Below are positions 6,999 through 16,732 of a DNA stretch of 55,123 bases, piece after piece. Under the pieces are notes generated by a model. It had not been told where the DNA came from, did not search any database, and saw only the letters and a list, made by a program, of their open reading frames with translations. This DNA comes from a virus (Duplodnaviria > Heunggongvirae > Uroviricota > Caudoviricetes). The stretch covers positions 118,161 to 173,283 of IMG/VR virus record IMGVR_UViG_3300029305_003293; one strand, written 5' to 3'. A program made the translations under genes and the position numbers. Positions within the stretch are counted from its first letter, which is position 1. Each line of letters starts with the position of its first letter.

Positions 6999-8001
6999 GA
7001 CCAGTTGTCATGCTAGCCATTTCTTCTTTTGTTAGGAACCAGCCCTGTTTACATTCGCAGCACCATTCAACTTCTTCATACATATCTGAATAACAATTAT
7101 TACAGATATAATATTCATCATTTACATTATCATAATGAAGATTAATCAGATCTTCTTTCTTTATTACTGTGCCGCAAAAACAACAAATATCAGCCTCGCC
7201 TGGCGCGTATTTAGAAAGACCTGCTGTGCCATAGTCATACCAGATTTGACCATGATATTTGTAGCCGTAATAATCATCTTCAATATACTCATATACCGGA
7301 ACTTCTGGATTTTCCGCTACATGCTGAAGGATATTTTGTGTTTTTTGAATTGTATGAAACAAAACATCTACATAAAGACGCTCTTGTTTTGAATGTTCAT
7401 CAAAATAACCCACAGAAAAGTTTACTGCACTAACGCCCCAAATAGGAGCAATAGTTGAAATATCAGTAAAACTACCCCAAGCGGTTTTAAATCCGAAATT
7501 ATTGATAAATTTTTCAAACTCTTCATTCGCGCAGTCATAATAAACACTATCTTCTACACCACGACGATCAAGCTGAATCATGAATTTCAAAGAATCAAAA
7601 GGATGTTCTTTATATTTGTGAATCAACTTTGTTGCGCCTACACAACCAGATTCTTCGTCAGTTGTAATAATTACATGAGGGCGAAGACCTGACGATACAA
7701 TTTTTGTGACTGCGAAGATACCTGCTCTATCATCTGCACCGAGTCCATCAGGACTCCACATTACATTCTTCTCTTTGTCGTAGAAAAATTCAACTGGAGG
7801 AGTCTTAAATACTGTATCAGCATGTGCAATAATAGCAACAGGAATTTCACCTTTTGCAATTAGATATGCTGGTGTTGAAATAACATTTTCTCTACCATAC
7901 TTTCGAGCCAAAAACTGTCTCATCATACTGAGAACACCACTTTGCCGCAATTTACAAATTCGCTCGAAAGCATCTTTTTCTCTTGGAGTAAATAATCTCA
8001 C
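6772..8001 (-). CDS. M28-family zinc peptidase-like protein with C-terminal Zn ribbons
   Basis: AHADT, GLGADDRAG, DEESG, QLDRRG, FTDIS and DEHS motifs. Confidence 0.8.
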   Translation of the reverse strand: MRLFTPREKDAFERICKLRQSGVLSMMRQFLARKYGRENVISTPAYLIAKGEIPVAIIAHADTVFKTPPVEFFYDKEKNVMWSPDGLGADDRAGIFAVTKIVSSGLRPHVIITTDEESGCVGATKLIHKYKEHPFDSLKFMIQLDRRGVEDSVYYDCANEEFEKFINNFGFKTAWGSFTDISTIAPIWGVSAVNFSVGYFDEHSKQERLYVDVLFHTIQKTQNILQHVAENPEVPVYEYIEDDYYGYKYHGQIWYDYGTAGLSKYAPGEADICCFCGTVIKKEDLINLHYDNVNDEYYICNNCYSDMYEEVEWCCECKQGWFLTKEEMASMTTGLDRTTWKCRNCRGENKNNDDGNANGASEGSNLSISGHTEVSDGSGTTIEPVAGFEGKVLERSTVADLRDRGAYYF

Positions 8002-8060
8002 AGCATTACCATCCTTTCCATCTTTATATAAATATTATAACAAAAATAATAAAAAAAATC

Positions 8061-8092
8061 AACTCGGAGTCCTGAATGTCAGGACTCCGAGT
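8061..8092. terminator. Intrinsic terminator hairpin
   Basis: CTCGGAGTCCTGA/TCAGGACTCCGAG stem with an adjacent A/T run. Confidence 0.7.
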
Positions 8093-8879
8093 GATTTTTA
8101 AGTGTGTTCAATGCACGAATATACATATCACAACTATGACAAATGCGGTCAGGCCGCAAACAATTTTGCTTACAATTCATTCGCTTCTTAGCCAAGTCTT
8201 TTGTAATATAAGATCCTGGCGCATCACTTTTAATATTTTCTACAAGAAGATTTAAAGGAAGAGTATATTCTTTTTCTTTTGAATAAAGATCAATAAGAGT
8301 TGCTTCACGCAATACATTACGATCTCTAATATCAATTATATCAACAATATCTTTATATAGTTTCATATGATGCGGCAAAATAAAAAAATGATTAAGTTCA
8401 TTTGTAATACCAAGACCATATGTTGGTGATCCGATATGAGGACATACTCTAATATTGATATTATATTTATCTTTTAATGCTTTTGCGGCATTCATTTCAA
8501 ATACAAGCGGTTCGCCCAGGAAGATATCACTAACACCCATACAGCAAAGTACTTCTGCAAATGCCCATGTGTTTACCGGATAAGCATACATATAGCGATG
8601 ATCTTCTACTTTTTCACTAAAAGATTTAAGATCAGAAAGATTACAGAAACTTAATTTAATTTGCGGATTTTCATTATATAATTTAATAAGCATATTTAAA
8701 GTAATCTTTTCAAGTTGTTCCATACCTTCAATACTTTTAATTTCAATAAGAATTGTTTGGGTATGATTAGGATTATTTAAATAATTCAAGATCTGATTAA
8801 GCATATTAGAAGGATATCTTACTTCTTGAATTTTATTTTTATAAGACTCATACTGATGATGAGAAGCACTGATAATCAT
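8079..8879 (-). CDS. Peptidase U32-like / Fe-S protein (tentative)
   Basis: Barrel-like body (DIFLGEPL, NIRVCPH, FFILP) and C-terminal CKQNC..CHSC cluster. Confidence 0.45.
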   Translation of the reverse strand: MIISASHHQYESYKNKIQEVRYPSNMLNQILNYLNNPNHTQTILIEIKSIEGMEQLEKITLNMLIKLYNENPQIKLSFCNLSDLKSFSEKVEDHRYMYAYPVNTWAFAEVLCCMGVSDIFLGEPLVFEMNAAKALKDKYNINIRVCPHIGSPTYGLGITNELNHFFILPHHMKLYKDIVDIIDIRDRNVLREATLIDLYSKEKEYTLPLNLLVENIKSDAPGSYITKDLAKKRMNCKQNCLRPDRICHSCDMYIRALNTLKNHSES

Positions 8880-8935
8880 CTATCTTCATCTCCTTTTGTT
8901 TATTATATCATATTTTTTTTATGTTGTCAAAAAAG

Positions 8936-8964
8936 TTGACAAGTTCTAAAATTTTTGTTATAAT
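8936..8964 (+). promoter_or_regulatory. Consensus promoter, divergent from a minus-strand promoter
   Basis: TTGACA-N17-TATAAT. Confidence 0.85.
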
Positions 8965-8992
8965 TTATTTAGTAATAAAAGTAGGTGAGATT

Positions 8993-9583
8993 ATGGATTT
9001 GTTTCTTAAAGCAACACTTGCCGGTTTTTGTATCGGTATTGCGTGTATTATTTATTTGATGTGTCCGAATCCTATAATTGGAGCGGCACTTTTTGGTCTG
9101 GGACTTATGAATTTACGGTTAATGGGATATCCTCTTTATACTGGTAAGGTTCAAACATTAACTGAATGTGAAGGTGCGTCTGAAACACTCGGAGGCATCG
9201 GTATGCTTATGCTTATATTTATGGCAAACTTTGCTGGCATTGCTCTTGCTTTCTGTTTAGGAACTTGGGCCATACCTGGACTTGCAGGATTAGCAAGCAC
9301 TCTTGCTTTAAACAAACTCGCCCTGGGGCTATTAGAAACTTTTGGACGCGGAATACTTTGCGGCTATTTAATGACAATAGCAACAAGGTCATCCACTCCA
9401 TTGTGGATGACCCCGTTATGTGTATTCGCTTTTGTATATTGCGGATTTAACCATTCAGTTGCGGACTCATTTTATTATATGACACAGCCATATTATAATA
9501 TATTGCCGCACTTAGGAATTACTTGGGCTGGCAATCTCTTTGGAGGAGTAGCGGCTGCGCTACTCACTCCTCGTCAGGAATAG
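8993..9583 (+). CDS. Formate/nitrite transporter (FNT) family channel
   Basis: LAGFCIGIA, LYTGK, MANFAG, GILCGYLM, FVYCGFNHSVADSFY and GNLFGG motifs. Ends at TAG, so about 13 codons longer under code 15. Confidence 0.85.
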   Translation: MDLFLKATLAGFCIGIACIIYLMCPNPIIGAALFGLGLMNLRLMGYPLYTGKVQTLTECEGASETLGGIGMLMLIFMANFAGIALAFCLGTWAIPGLAGLASTLALNKLALGLLETFGRGILCGYLMTIATRSSTPLWMTPLCVFAFVYCGFNHSVADSFYYMTQPYYNILPHLGITWAGNLFGGVAAALLTPRQE

Positions 9584-10022
9584 GCTCCTCAACAGAACCA
9601 ATCCACTGATAAGTGTTAACCTTGCGAGTAGCCTTGCCCTCTTCCTTGATAGATACACTGTCCTTCACCGCCTGACCGGCTTCAACCAGCTTGTTCAGGC
9701 GGTAAGCCATCTTCTGAGAAGTAGCACCCAGAGCACTCTCATGAGCATTGGCAATCTCGACCACCTCAGAGATAGTCAGAGCACGCTCTTCATTCTGCAG
9801 AATGGTCAAGGCCATATCGCACAGAGCATCGGTCTCAGCCTTCTTCTTAGAAGCATACTCCTTGGCCTTGCCAGCACGCTTGTCCAGCTGCTCGATCTCC
9901 TTGTTCAGGAAATCAGCCAGACGAGCATCCATCTCTTCATCGATCAGTTCAGCACCAAGCATATCGGGCAGCAGGGCGAGCAGGGCTTCGTAATTTTCAC
10001 GCTTAGTAATCTTCTTAGTCAT
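9564..10022 (-). CDS. Coiled-coil plus winged-helix protein
   Basis: C-terminal LTISEV...TSQKMAYRLNKLVEAG; distant paralog of 19865 and 23459. Confidence 0.7.
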   Translation of the reverse strand: MTKKITKRENYEALLALLPDMLGAELIDEEMDARLADFLNKEIEQLDKRAGKAKEYASKKKAETDALCDMALTILQNEERALTISEVVEIANAHESALGATSQKMAYRLNKLVEAGQAVKDSVSIKEEGKATRKVNTYQWIGSVEEPIPDEE

Positions 10023-10120
10023 AATACATCTTCCTTTCTTAATTCACAGGGGGTATTTTTGTTGTCCCCTTTCCTTTACCTTACATATATATTATATAAT
10101 ATTTTTTTTAATTTTTCAAA

Positions 10121-11809
10121 TTAGAATTCCAATCTTCCAATAGAAGTGAGATGCTTAATGTAGTCTTCCCACAACTTCATCCAAACTTCACGGATGGAAC
10201 CATCATCATGTCTCCACCGCGGGTAGGGGCGGAAGATTTCCAAAAACTGGTCAAAAGAAACTTTGGTAGGATCAATGCAACAACCCATAGAAGTAAAAAA
10301 CAAACTATGATTGCGCGGATAGTCAATATTGTGAAGAACAATATCGTGAACATGCTTACCAGTCAGATTGCGCAAACAATCTTTACAGATGTTCGTAGTC
10401 AAACTATTCGGCACATAGTTGAAAGTATATTTACTACGGGCAGAAGAGCCGACAGGAGTTTCCTGGATATACTTTGTCATAGTATGCTGCACGATAGGAA
10501 ATTCCAGTGAAATGGCTTCTTCCTGAGGAACAATGTCATCACAGTGCTCACAATTAGTGAAATTATCGCTATAGCAATCTGAGCAATAAGGCTGATCGTC
10601 AGGACCCCAATATGCGTAATCGCCATAAACAACTTCACCGCAGCAAACACAACGAGTAGCACCATGACACTCAGGGCAGGTCAAAGTGCCGCTATCATTA
10701 CCTTCGTCCCATTTGATTTCACGACCGCACCACATACATTCTGCGGGGCCAGAAAACCAAACAGAATGATTGTGATGATGAAATACAGTATTCTTCTGAA
10801 TGTGCGAAGCCACACAACCAGCATGACAACCAGAAATATCATTATACATATAGCCGCAGTCAAAACTGAAGCCATAAGCACTATAATCCAGTCGGGCTTC
10901 GGTTTCACCGTAAGACCAACCTAGATTCTTCTGCGCAAGTTCCTTAATCCAATCAACAACAGCAATACCAATATTGTCGTTGTGATAAGGATACTGGCGA
11001 TTTACAAGGATAACATCCTTGTTTACGATAGCCCAGGCACGCCACTTCTTAGAGTTCCAATCTTCGCCACCGATGCCATCCATAGTATTCTTACCAGAAA
11101 GATAGGCGCAAATAACCATGGGGCTATTCATCATTTCGACGGTGCCCATACGACAGCAACCTTCATTGAGCCAGCTCATACAACTATCCCAGTCATTTAC
11201 ATTGTCAGAGGCAGTTGCATAATCCAGCGGATGAATAGACAGATGCAAAGTGCCCTTAATCAGTTTCTGATTAAGAACCTGAGAGTGTGCGATACGGAAA
11301 TCTTCAAACTGCTGTTGCATATTAAGCAGTTCGGCAACTCGACCGATTGCACGCATAGACTTCTGTCCGGTAGACAGACGCACTTCACGACCCATGATAA
11401 TGGCGCTGGAGTTATTCTGAAAAGCCTGCACTCGGCCATCTACCAAACGACCGCAGTCGAAAAGATTCATAAAGTTATCAATGAACTTAGCATCGCTATT
11501 AACTGCTTCATAGTCAGTCCAGATAGGATGCAAAACATTTTCAAGATTATTGCGAATGTCGCGGAAAAACTGCCAATGACAGTTCTTTACCTCTTCCATT
11601 TCGCGATACATCTCATCCTGATCTCGCTCATAGGATACAGGTTTGGAAACAATCAGTTCCTGACCCAGCAGATCATACAGATACTCTTCTTTATTCTGGC
11701 GCCAGAACCGCAGAAGATGGGCCACATCTTCGCAATTATTGCCGTCAGTTCCATCACACATATTCTTGGCGTGCGCATAGAACTGACCCATATTATACAT
11801 TTCCAACAT
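10121..11809 (-). CDS. Conserved hypothetical (HPLD/WxSC/RQYP) with Zn ribbons
   Basis: 562 aa; LSIHPLDY, WDSC, SKKWRAW and RQYP shared with the 5544 gene; several CxxC pairs. Confidence 0.8.
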   Translation of the reverse strand: MLEMYNMGQFYAHAKNMCDGTDGNNCEDVAHLLRFWRQNKEEYLYDLLGQELIVSKPVSYERDQDEMYREMEEVKNCHWQFFRDIRNNLENVLHPIWTDYEAVNSDAKFIDNFMNLFDCGRLVDGRVQAFQNNSSAIIMGREVRLSTGQKSMRAIGRVAELLNMQQQFEDFRIAHSQVLNQKLIKGTLHLSIHPLDYATASDNVNDWDSCMSWLNEGCCRMGTVEMMNSPMVICAYLSGKNTMDGIGGEDWNSKKWRAWAIVNKDVILVNRQYPYHNDNIGIAVVDWIKELAQKNLGWSYGETEARLDYSAYGFSFDCGYMYNDISGCHAGCVASHIQKNTVFHHHNHSVWFSGPAECMWCGREIKWDEGNDSGTLTCPECHGATRCVCCGEVVYGDYAYWGPDDQPYCSDCYSDNFTNCEHCDDIVPQEEAISLEFPIVQHTMTKYIQETPVGSSARSKYTFNYVPNSLTTNICKDCLRNLTGKHVHDIVLHNIDYPRNHSLFFTSMGCCIDPTKVSFDQFLEIFRPYPRWRHDDGSIREVWMKLWEDYIKHLTSIGRLEF

Positions 11810-11867
11810 TCTCTTGCACCCCTTCCTTCATCTTACATATATATTATATCAAAATTTTTTAATTTTT

Positions 11868-12101
11868 TCAAATAACGCCCAAGTCGCTAGCAATCTCGAT
11901 CAGACGGTCGGGAGCGGCTGTCTCAATTTCACCTAGATAACCCATGGCAATAACGCCAGCGCCTTGCATGTGAGAATTTGGGTGCCAGGGAGAAATATGA
12001 CCCACTTCTCTCTCGCAATGAGAGAGATGAATCATACCAGAACCAACATAATCAATAAGGTATTGCCGCAGTTCTTCAATGTCAATTTCAATTTCAAACA
12101 T
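11868..12101 (-). CDS. Hypothetical protein
   Basis: 77 aa; RBS; stop codon lies inside the next -35 box. Confidence 0.65.
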   Translation of the reverse strand: MFEIEIDIEELRQYLIDYVGSGMIHLSHCEREVGHISPWHPNSHMQGAGVIAMGYLGEIETAAPDRLIEIASDLGVI

Positions 12102-12110
12102 CTTTTTACC

Positions 12111-12440
12111 TCACCAAGCGCAATGCCACAGAACCATATCATCTTCCGGAAAGATGTCGTGCAGATAGGTCAACACAAGCAGACGCTGAAGAAGCCTTTC
12201 GTCGTCAGGATATTCTTCAACATCAGACTTTTCATCATTGATGCTATCTTCATCGAAATAAATAGGCTGATAAGAACCATTTTCGCAGTATTCATAAAAG
12301 AGTTCCAAAACATTGATCTCTCCATTTTCAAGACCATACTGCTGTTCGACTTCACGAGACAGTTCCTCATGATCAATAAATTTCATAAGTTCTACCTTCA
12401 TAAAAGCACTCCTTTTTTTCTCTTGCTCTCTTTCATTCAT
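12111..12440 (-). CDS. Acidic hypothetical protein
   Basis: 109 aa after a promoter. Confidence 0.65.
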   Translation of the reverse strand: MNEREQEKKRSAFMKVELMKFIDHEELSREVEQQYGLENGEINVLELFYEYCENGSYQPIYFDEDSINDEKSDVEEYPDDERLLQRLLVLTYLHDIFPEDDMVLWHCAW

Positions 12441-12478
12441 TTTACATATATATTATATAATAAATTTTAATAAAAATC

Positions 12479-12511
12479 AAAGTCCCTTCCTTATGACAAG
12501 GAAGGGACTTT
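12479..12511. terminator. Intrinsic terminator
   Basis: AAAGTCCCTTCC/GGAAGGGACTTT stem. Confidence 0.75.
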
Positions 12512-12624
12512 GTAATTCTTTCTATGATAAAAGTTTGAACTGGTACTCTATACATTATAGGTATCTACATGAACCCAATTACTAGAGTTCTCTCTTACAT
12601 ATAGATTACCATCTTCATCGATTT

Positions 12625-13761
12625 TTACTTCGATGCGGGGGCAAGGGAGCCCGAATTCATTCCCATCAGCATAAAAGGGAGCACATCATTCTTGTTGCCG
12701 TCCTTCATCAGGAAATACAGCATCATAGGATTGCTCATATCCATCTTGCCACCAGAGGCCAGCATAATCATCATAGGGTCGACACTCTTGCCGTCGCCCA
12801 GCATAAGGAAAGGGAGCATATTGCCAAAGGGATTGCTCTCATCAGCCTTGGCGCCACTCATATCCATCAGAGAAACGACCTTAGTAGCGAAGTTGAAACC
12901 GAAGGGGCTCTTGGTCAGGTAGATCTCCTTCTCAGTACCCTCACGGATATCGACTACCTTCAGGGTAGAATCGTGCACCTCGGCTACGAACATGGCAGTC
13001 TTGTTGTGGATTACCACATCGCCAGCCTTGACATCCTTGATAGCCACAGGCATCTTATACAGGAAGTCGCCAGCGGGCATGTTCACGATATCAACATCCA
13101 TCACAGAATGGCTTTTGACATCGTAAGATACATAGCGGCCATCCACACTCTTGACGGCAATACCATACATAGAAACACGAACAGCGTCAGAAGTAACCTT
13201 GCCAAAATCAAAATTAAACATAGTATTCATATCCTTTTTCTCCTTTTTCTTTGTCATATCATTTACAGTCTTTTCGAGTGAGGTAATGCGACTATCAAGA
13301 TCATTGGTAGTTCCGCATAGCCAATCAGTGGTATTAACAGTAGTAATGTAATCAAATGGTTTGATTACACTGGAAACAGCTACATCAGCGTAGTCATTTT
13401 TAACGCCAAGGGGCGGCAAATTGCTAATCGAAGTAGCAAGTGTGTTTAGTGCTGAAGCAGTATCACTAACACAATTACAGAAGTTGTGAGTTGCCATATT
13501 ATCAGTGCTGCGAAGGTAATAAATGAACTTGTCAAGATTTGTGCAAACTATGTCTGAAAAAGAAAGATGAGTGCGAAAGCCGCGAAGTCTAATACTATTA
13601 GATTCCACTGTAACTTCCCAAATATCTTCATTTTCGACAAGCATTCGCTTCATTTCGCGCCAAGTGTTTGATTGAACAGGATATTCTTTACCCTGTTTTG
13701 ACTTTGAGTATTCCCGCATTTTAGCAAGGAATTCATTTCTACTAAAAGTTAAAGTTTCCAT
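12625..13761 (-). CDS. Hypothetical protein with a Met-rich repetitive C-terminus
   Basis: 378 aa; possible internal start at 13230. Confidence 0.75.
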   Translation of the reverse strand: METLTFSRNEFLAKMREYSKSKQGKEYPVQSNTWREMKRMLVENEDIWEVTVESNSIRLRGFRTHLSFSDIVCTNLDKFIYYLRSTDNMATHNFCNCVSDTASALNTLATSISNLPPLGVKNDYADVAVSSVIKPFDYITTVNTTDWLCGTTNDLDSRITSLEKTVNDMTKKKEKKDMNTMFNFDFGKVTSDAVRVSMYGIAVKSVDGRYVSYDVKSHSVMDVDIVNMPAGDFLYKMPVAIKDVKAGDVVIHNKTAMFVAEVHDSTLKVVDIREGTEKEIYLTKSPFGFNFATKVVSLMDMSGAKADESNPFGNMLPFLMLGDGKSVDPMMIMLASGGKMDMSNPMMLYFLMKDGNKNDVLPFMLMGMNSGSLAPASK

Positions 13762-13963
13762 TTGAACTCTTTACTAACCTCTCCACACATCTCATACTCT
13801 TCGCGCATACGCGCTAATCGTATTAAAGATTTAGGAGTGGGGCGAGACTCAAGTTCTCGCTCATAACGAGCAAGAAGTTCAAGTTCCATTCTCGCAAACT
13901 CCTTTCCTCATTTCTTACATATATATTATATCAAATTTTTTTTAATTTTTCAAATAGTGTTTC

Positions 13964-14281
13964 TTATTTCCAGGAAATAACGATGTGAGACAACTCATGG
14001 CATCCATCATACCAATGGAATACTACTTTATATCCCTCTGTTTCCAGATCATTGGCGAGTTTCTTGAATGCCATGATACGAGTATTAGAGGTAGTATCTG
14101 CGGCGATAGAGGCATTATCTCCACCAGCTTCCGCAGTTTCAAGAATTGCGCAAACTGCGCGGTTAGTCAGTTCGACATAAAACTTTTGAGTTTCTTTTGC
14201 TTTGGCTTGTCCCATCAATTTTCGAACTTCTGCGATAGAGGGAATATTATGCGCCAAAGTGGGAGTTTCCTTCATACCCAT
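13964..14281 (-). CDS. Hypothetical protein
   Basis: 105 aa after a promoter cassette. Confidence 0.7.
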   Translation of the reverse strand: MGMKETPTLAHNIPSIAEVRKLMGQAKAKETQKFYVELTNRAVCAILETAEAGGDNASIAADTTSNTRIMAFKKLANDLETEGYKVVFHWYDGCHELSHIVISWK

Positions 14282-14349
14282 TACCTCTTTCTTTATCTTA
14301 CATATATATTATATAATAATTTTTAATAAAAATCAAAAAGCCGATGTTT

Positions 14350-14628
14350 TTAACACACCGGCTGATTATTTAAGTAACGAAGTGATTCTGGGAGTTCATT
14401 ATCGTCATGCATCCAAGAGTAAAGAGATTTATTCATTTCATCAGGATCTATGTATTTTTCTTGGAATACAATAACAAAACGCCAAGTTGCTTCACTAAAA
14501 TGAATATAAACAATATCTTCTTTTCTAATATGATATTTTTTCATACATTCGTCAAATTGGTCAAAAGAAACATCAATTGTTTTCAGCATTTTCTTTACCT
14601 TCTTGAATATCTTTGGCGAGAATAACAT
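14350..14628 (-). CDS. Hypothetical protein
   Basis: Overlaps the end of folD; real start probably MLKTID. Confidence 0.55.
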   Translation of the reverse strand: MLFSPKIFKKVKKMLKTIDVSFDQFDECMKKYHIRKEDIVYIHFSEATWRFVIVFQEKYIDPDEMNKSLYSWMHDDNELPESLRYLNNQPVC

Positions 14629-15409
14629 GCCGCAAAAGGACTGCGACGGTCATGGGTCCAATTCCGCCAGGAACGGGGGTATATGCGGAACTGCGCGAAT
14701 AGGCATCTGGATTAATATCGCCGCACATTTTTCCATTTTCATCTCTATTGATGCCAACATCAATGAGAACGGCGCCCCGCTTAACATCGAATTCATTAAC
14801 GATGTCGCGCTGCCCGACACAAGAGAAGATGTAATCGGCTTCCATAAGAAGTGCGACACGAGTTGCATATGGAGTATAGCTATGGCAAATTGATACTGTT
14901 GCATTATAATCGAGTAGAAGTTTGGCGAGGGGTTTGCCGACGATGTCCGACCGGCCAAGGATTACGCAATGTTTTTCTGCAACATCCAGGCTATATTCTT
15001 CGAGAAGTTCCATGATCCCTTCGGGAGTGCAAGGAGTAAAAAATGAATCTTTGCCGAAGCCGTCAACATCTTTGACGGGAGGGATTGCGGCTTGTAAGCG
15101 ACTAGCATCCAAATGCTTGGGAAGTGGGAGTTGGAGGATGATGCCGTGAACAGTTTTGTCCAACGCCAGGTGGTTTAGTATACTGTTTACTTCATATTTA
15201 CTTGATTCTCTAGGCAGTTTAATATGTTGTGAGGTAATGCCAATTTCTTCACAGGCTTTAAGTTTATTGCGGACATAGATTTGAGAGGCGGGATCGTCAC
15301 CTACGGTTACTATGGCAAGACACGGCTTAACATCCATTTCATCTACATAATCTTTAAGACGAGTTCGAATATATGTGGCTAGTTCTTTGCCATTTAAGAG
15401 AGTGGGCAT
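14573..15409 (-). CDS. folD: Methylenetetrahydrofolate dehydrogenase/cyclohydrolase
   Basis: YIRTRLK, VGDDPASQIYVRNK, HGIILQLPLP, KDVDG, PCTPEG, GRSDIVGKP, IDVGIN and TPVPGGIGPMT motifs. Confidence 0.96.
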   Translation of the reverse strand: MPTLLNGKELATYIRTRLKDYVDEMDVKPCLAIVTVGDDPASQIYVRNKLKACEEIGITSQHIKLPRESSKYEVNSILNHLALDKTVHGIILQLPLPKHLDASRLQAAIPPVKDVDGFGKDSFFTPCTPEGIMELLEEYSLDVAEKHCVILGRSDIVGKPLAKLLLDYNATVSICHSYTPYATRVALLMEADYIFSCVGQRDIVNEFDVKRGAVLIDVGINRDENGKMCGDINPDAYSRSSAYTPVPGGIGPMTVAVLLRHVILAKDIQEGKENAENN

Positions 15410-15583
15410 ATTATCGACTTCTTTCTTTTTTGTTTTTATTATATCATAATATTTTAGAAATTTCAAGTTAAAGATGCAATGAGTTGAAAAAGTAAAAAAT
15501 TTTTGTTATAATATTTATAGAAAGTTGAGGGAGACTATAGTTTCCCGCAATGTATATATATTTTTTAAGGAGCGAATGTTATT

Positions 15584-15772
15584 ATGTCTAATGATGTGAA
15601 GAACAAGATTATCTATACTCGCCGTATTGCGATGAAACTTATTGAGATGGGCCATGTCCCTGCTGGCACGATGCCGAATCCCAGTAAGCCTGAATTTCAG
15701 TGCTGGATTTTTGCGATGACTCCCAAGTTTGAGCGTGATCTGACCGCCGTTTTGACTAAGGCTAGTGAGTAA
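15584..15772 (+). CDS. Small hypothetical protein
   Basis: 62 aa; AAGGAG RBS; own promoter; hairpin terminator at about 15762-15787. Confidence 0.7.
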   Translation: MSNDVKNKIIYTRRIAMKLIEMGHVPAGTMPNPSKPEFQCWIFAMTPKFERDLTAVLTKASE

Positions 15773-15921
15773 ACACTAGCCTTTTTTCATAGGGTATGGG
15801 TAAAATTTTTGAGAAAAAAATCTACTATGGTAGGTAATGTTTTAGAATTTTACCTATAAATGGGTAATATAAGATTATTTTGCTTATTCGTTATTTATAT
15901 ATAGCGAGGAGGTGAAATAAG

Positions 15922-16521
15922 TTGATATAGAAAAGATTTCCGGCTGATATTACTATGAAGGAGACTACTTTTTTGAACGATAAGAAGATTGATGCTGAAC
16001 TATATGCTTTTCTTTAGTCCATTTCGGAATGCGAAGATAATGTAACATTTATTGGTAAATGGATGATGCCAAAGTAGAGTGAGATTTGTGATACGATTGG
16101 CATAAAAAGTACAAAAACATATCGAGCGCATTTGAACTATCTCATTGAAGCGGGGTATGTCATAGAAGAAGAAAGTCGGTATGTTTTACCCAGAGTGGAA
16201 GATTTTTATTTGTTACTCCCGCTAGATACAATTTGCTTTTTAAAAGATGTATTTAGGGACCAGGTGGTCAAAGCGTATATTTATCTTGGACAAAGGTGGA
16301 GGAACAATTCAAATTCCAATTTCGAATTTACATATGAAGATTTGGCTTCGCATATCGGCATTAAGCTTGCGGGCAATGCTAGAGGATATGAGTAGATTAA
16401 GAATATGTTATTCGTGCTTGAGCGATGCGGTTTAATTGAAGTATCTGGAGAATATTTCGTAAATAAGGGACAAAGCCGTCATCGTTTGTTAAAGTGGATT
16501 GATAAGCTTGAGCATAAATAA
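15922..16521 (+). CDS. Winged-helix/Rep-like DNA-binding protein with 4 in-frame TAG (code 15)
   Basis: GGAGG RBS and TTG start; TAG at 15928, 16015, 16075 and 16393; 199 aa with two HTH-like segments (QSEICDTIGIKSTKTYRAHLNYLIEAGYV; FTYEDLASHIG). Confidence 0.75.
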
Positions 16522-16539
16522 AGTATATGCGGCCGAGCG

Positions 16540-16715
16540 GAGAGCGTAGCTCGAACGGTCGGACGATGGGTAAAAAGTCTAAAGCAAATGGGTAAAAAAT
16601 CTATACAGTTAAAAATAAAAAATAGGGAGACCTCGCTTCGCTCGGGCTCCTGCGGTTTAAGGTATCTCTCGCTTCGCTCGAGATACCTTAAACCTTAACG
16701 GGCGACGAAGTCGAC
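16540..16715. other. Candidate replication origin
   Basis: ATGGGTAAAAA at 16566 and 16588 (22-bp spacing), AT-rich tract, two CTCGCTTCGCTCG hairpins at 16632 and 16668. Confidence 0.45.
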
Positions 16716-16732
16716 CGGAAGGAGAATGTGTT

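Noticed and set aside
10982-11875. 297-aa plus-strand ORF
   Set aside because: Antisense shadow of the 562-aa minus-strand gene; no RBS.
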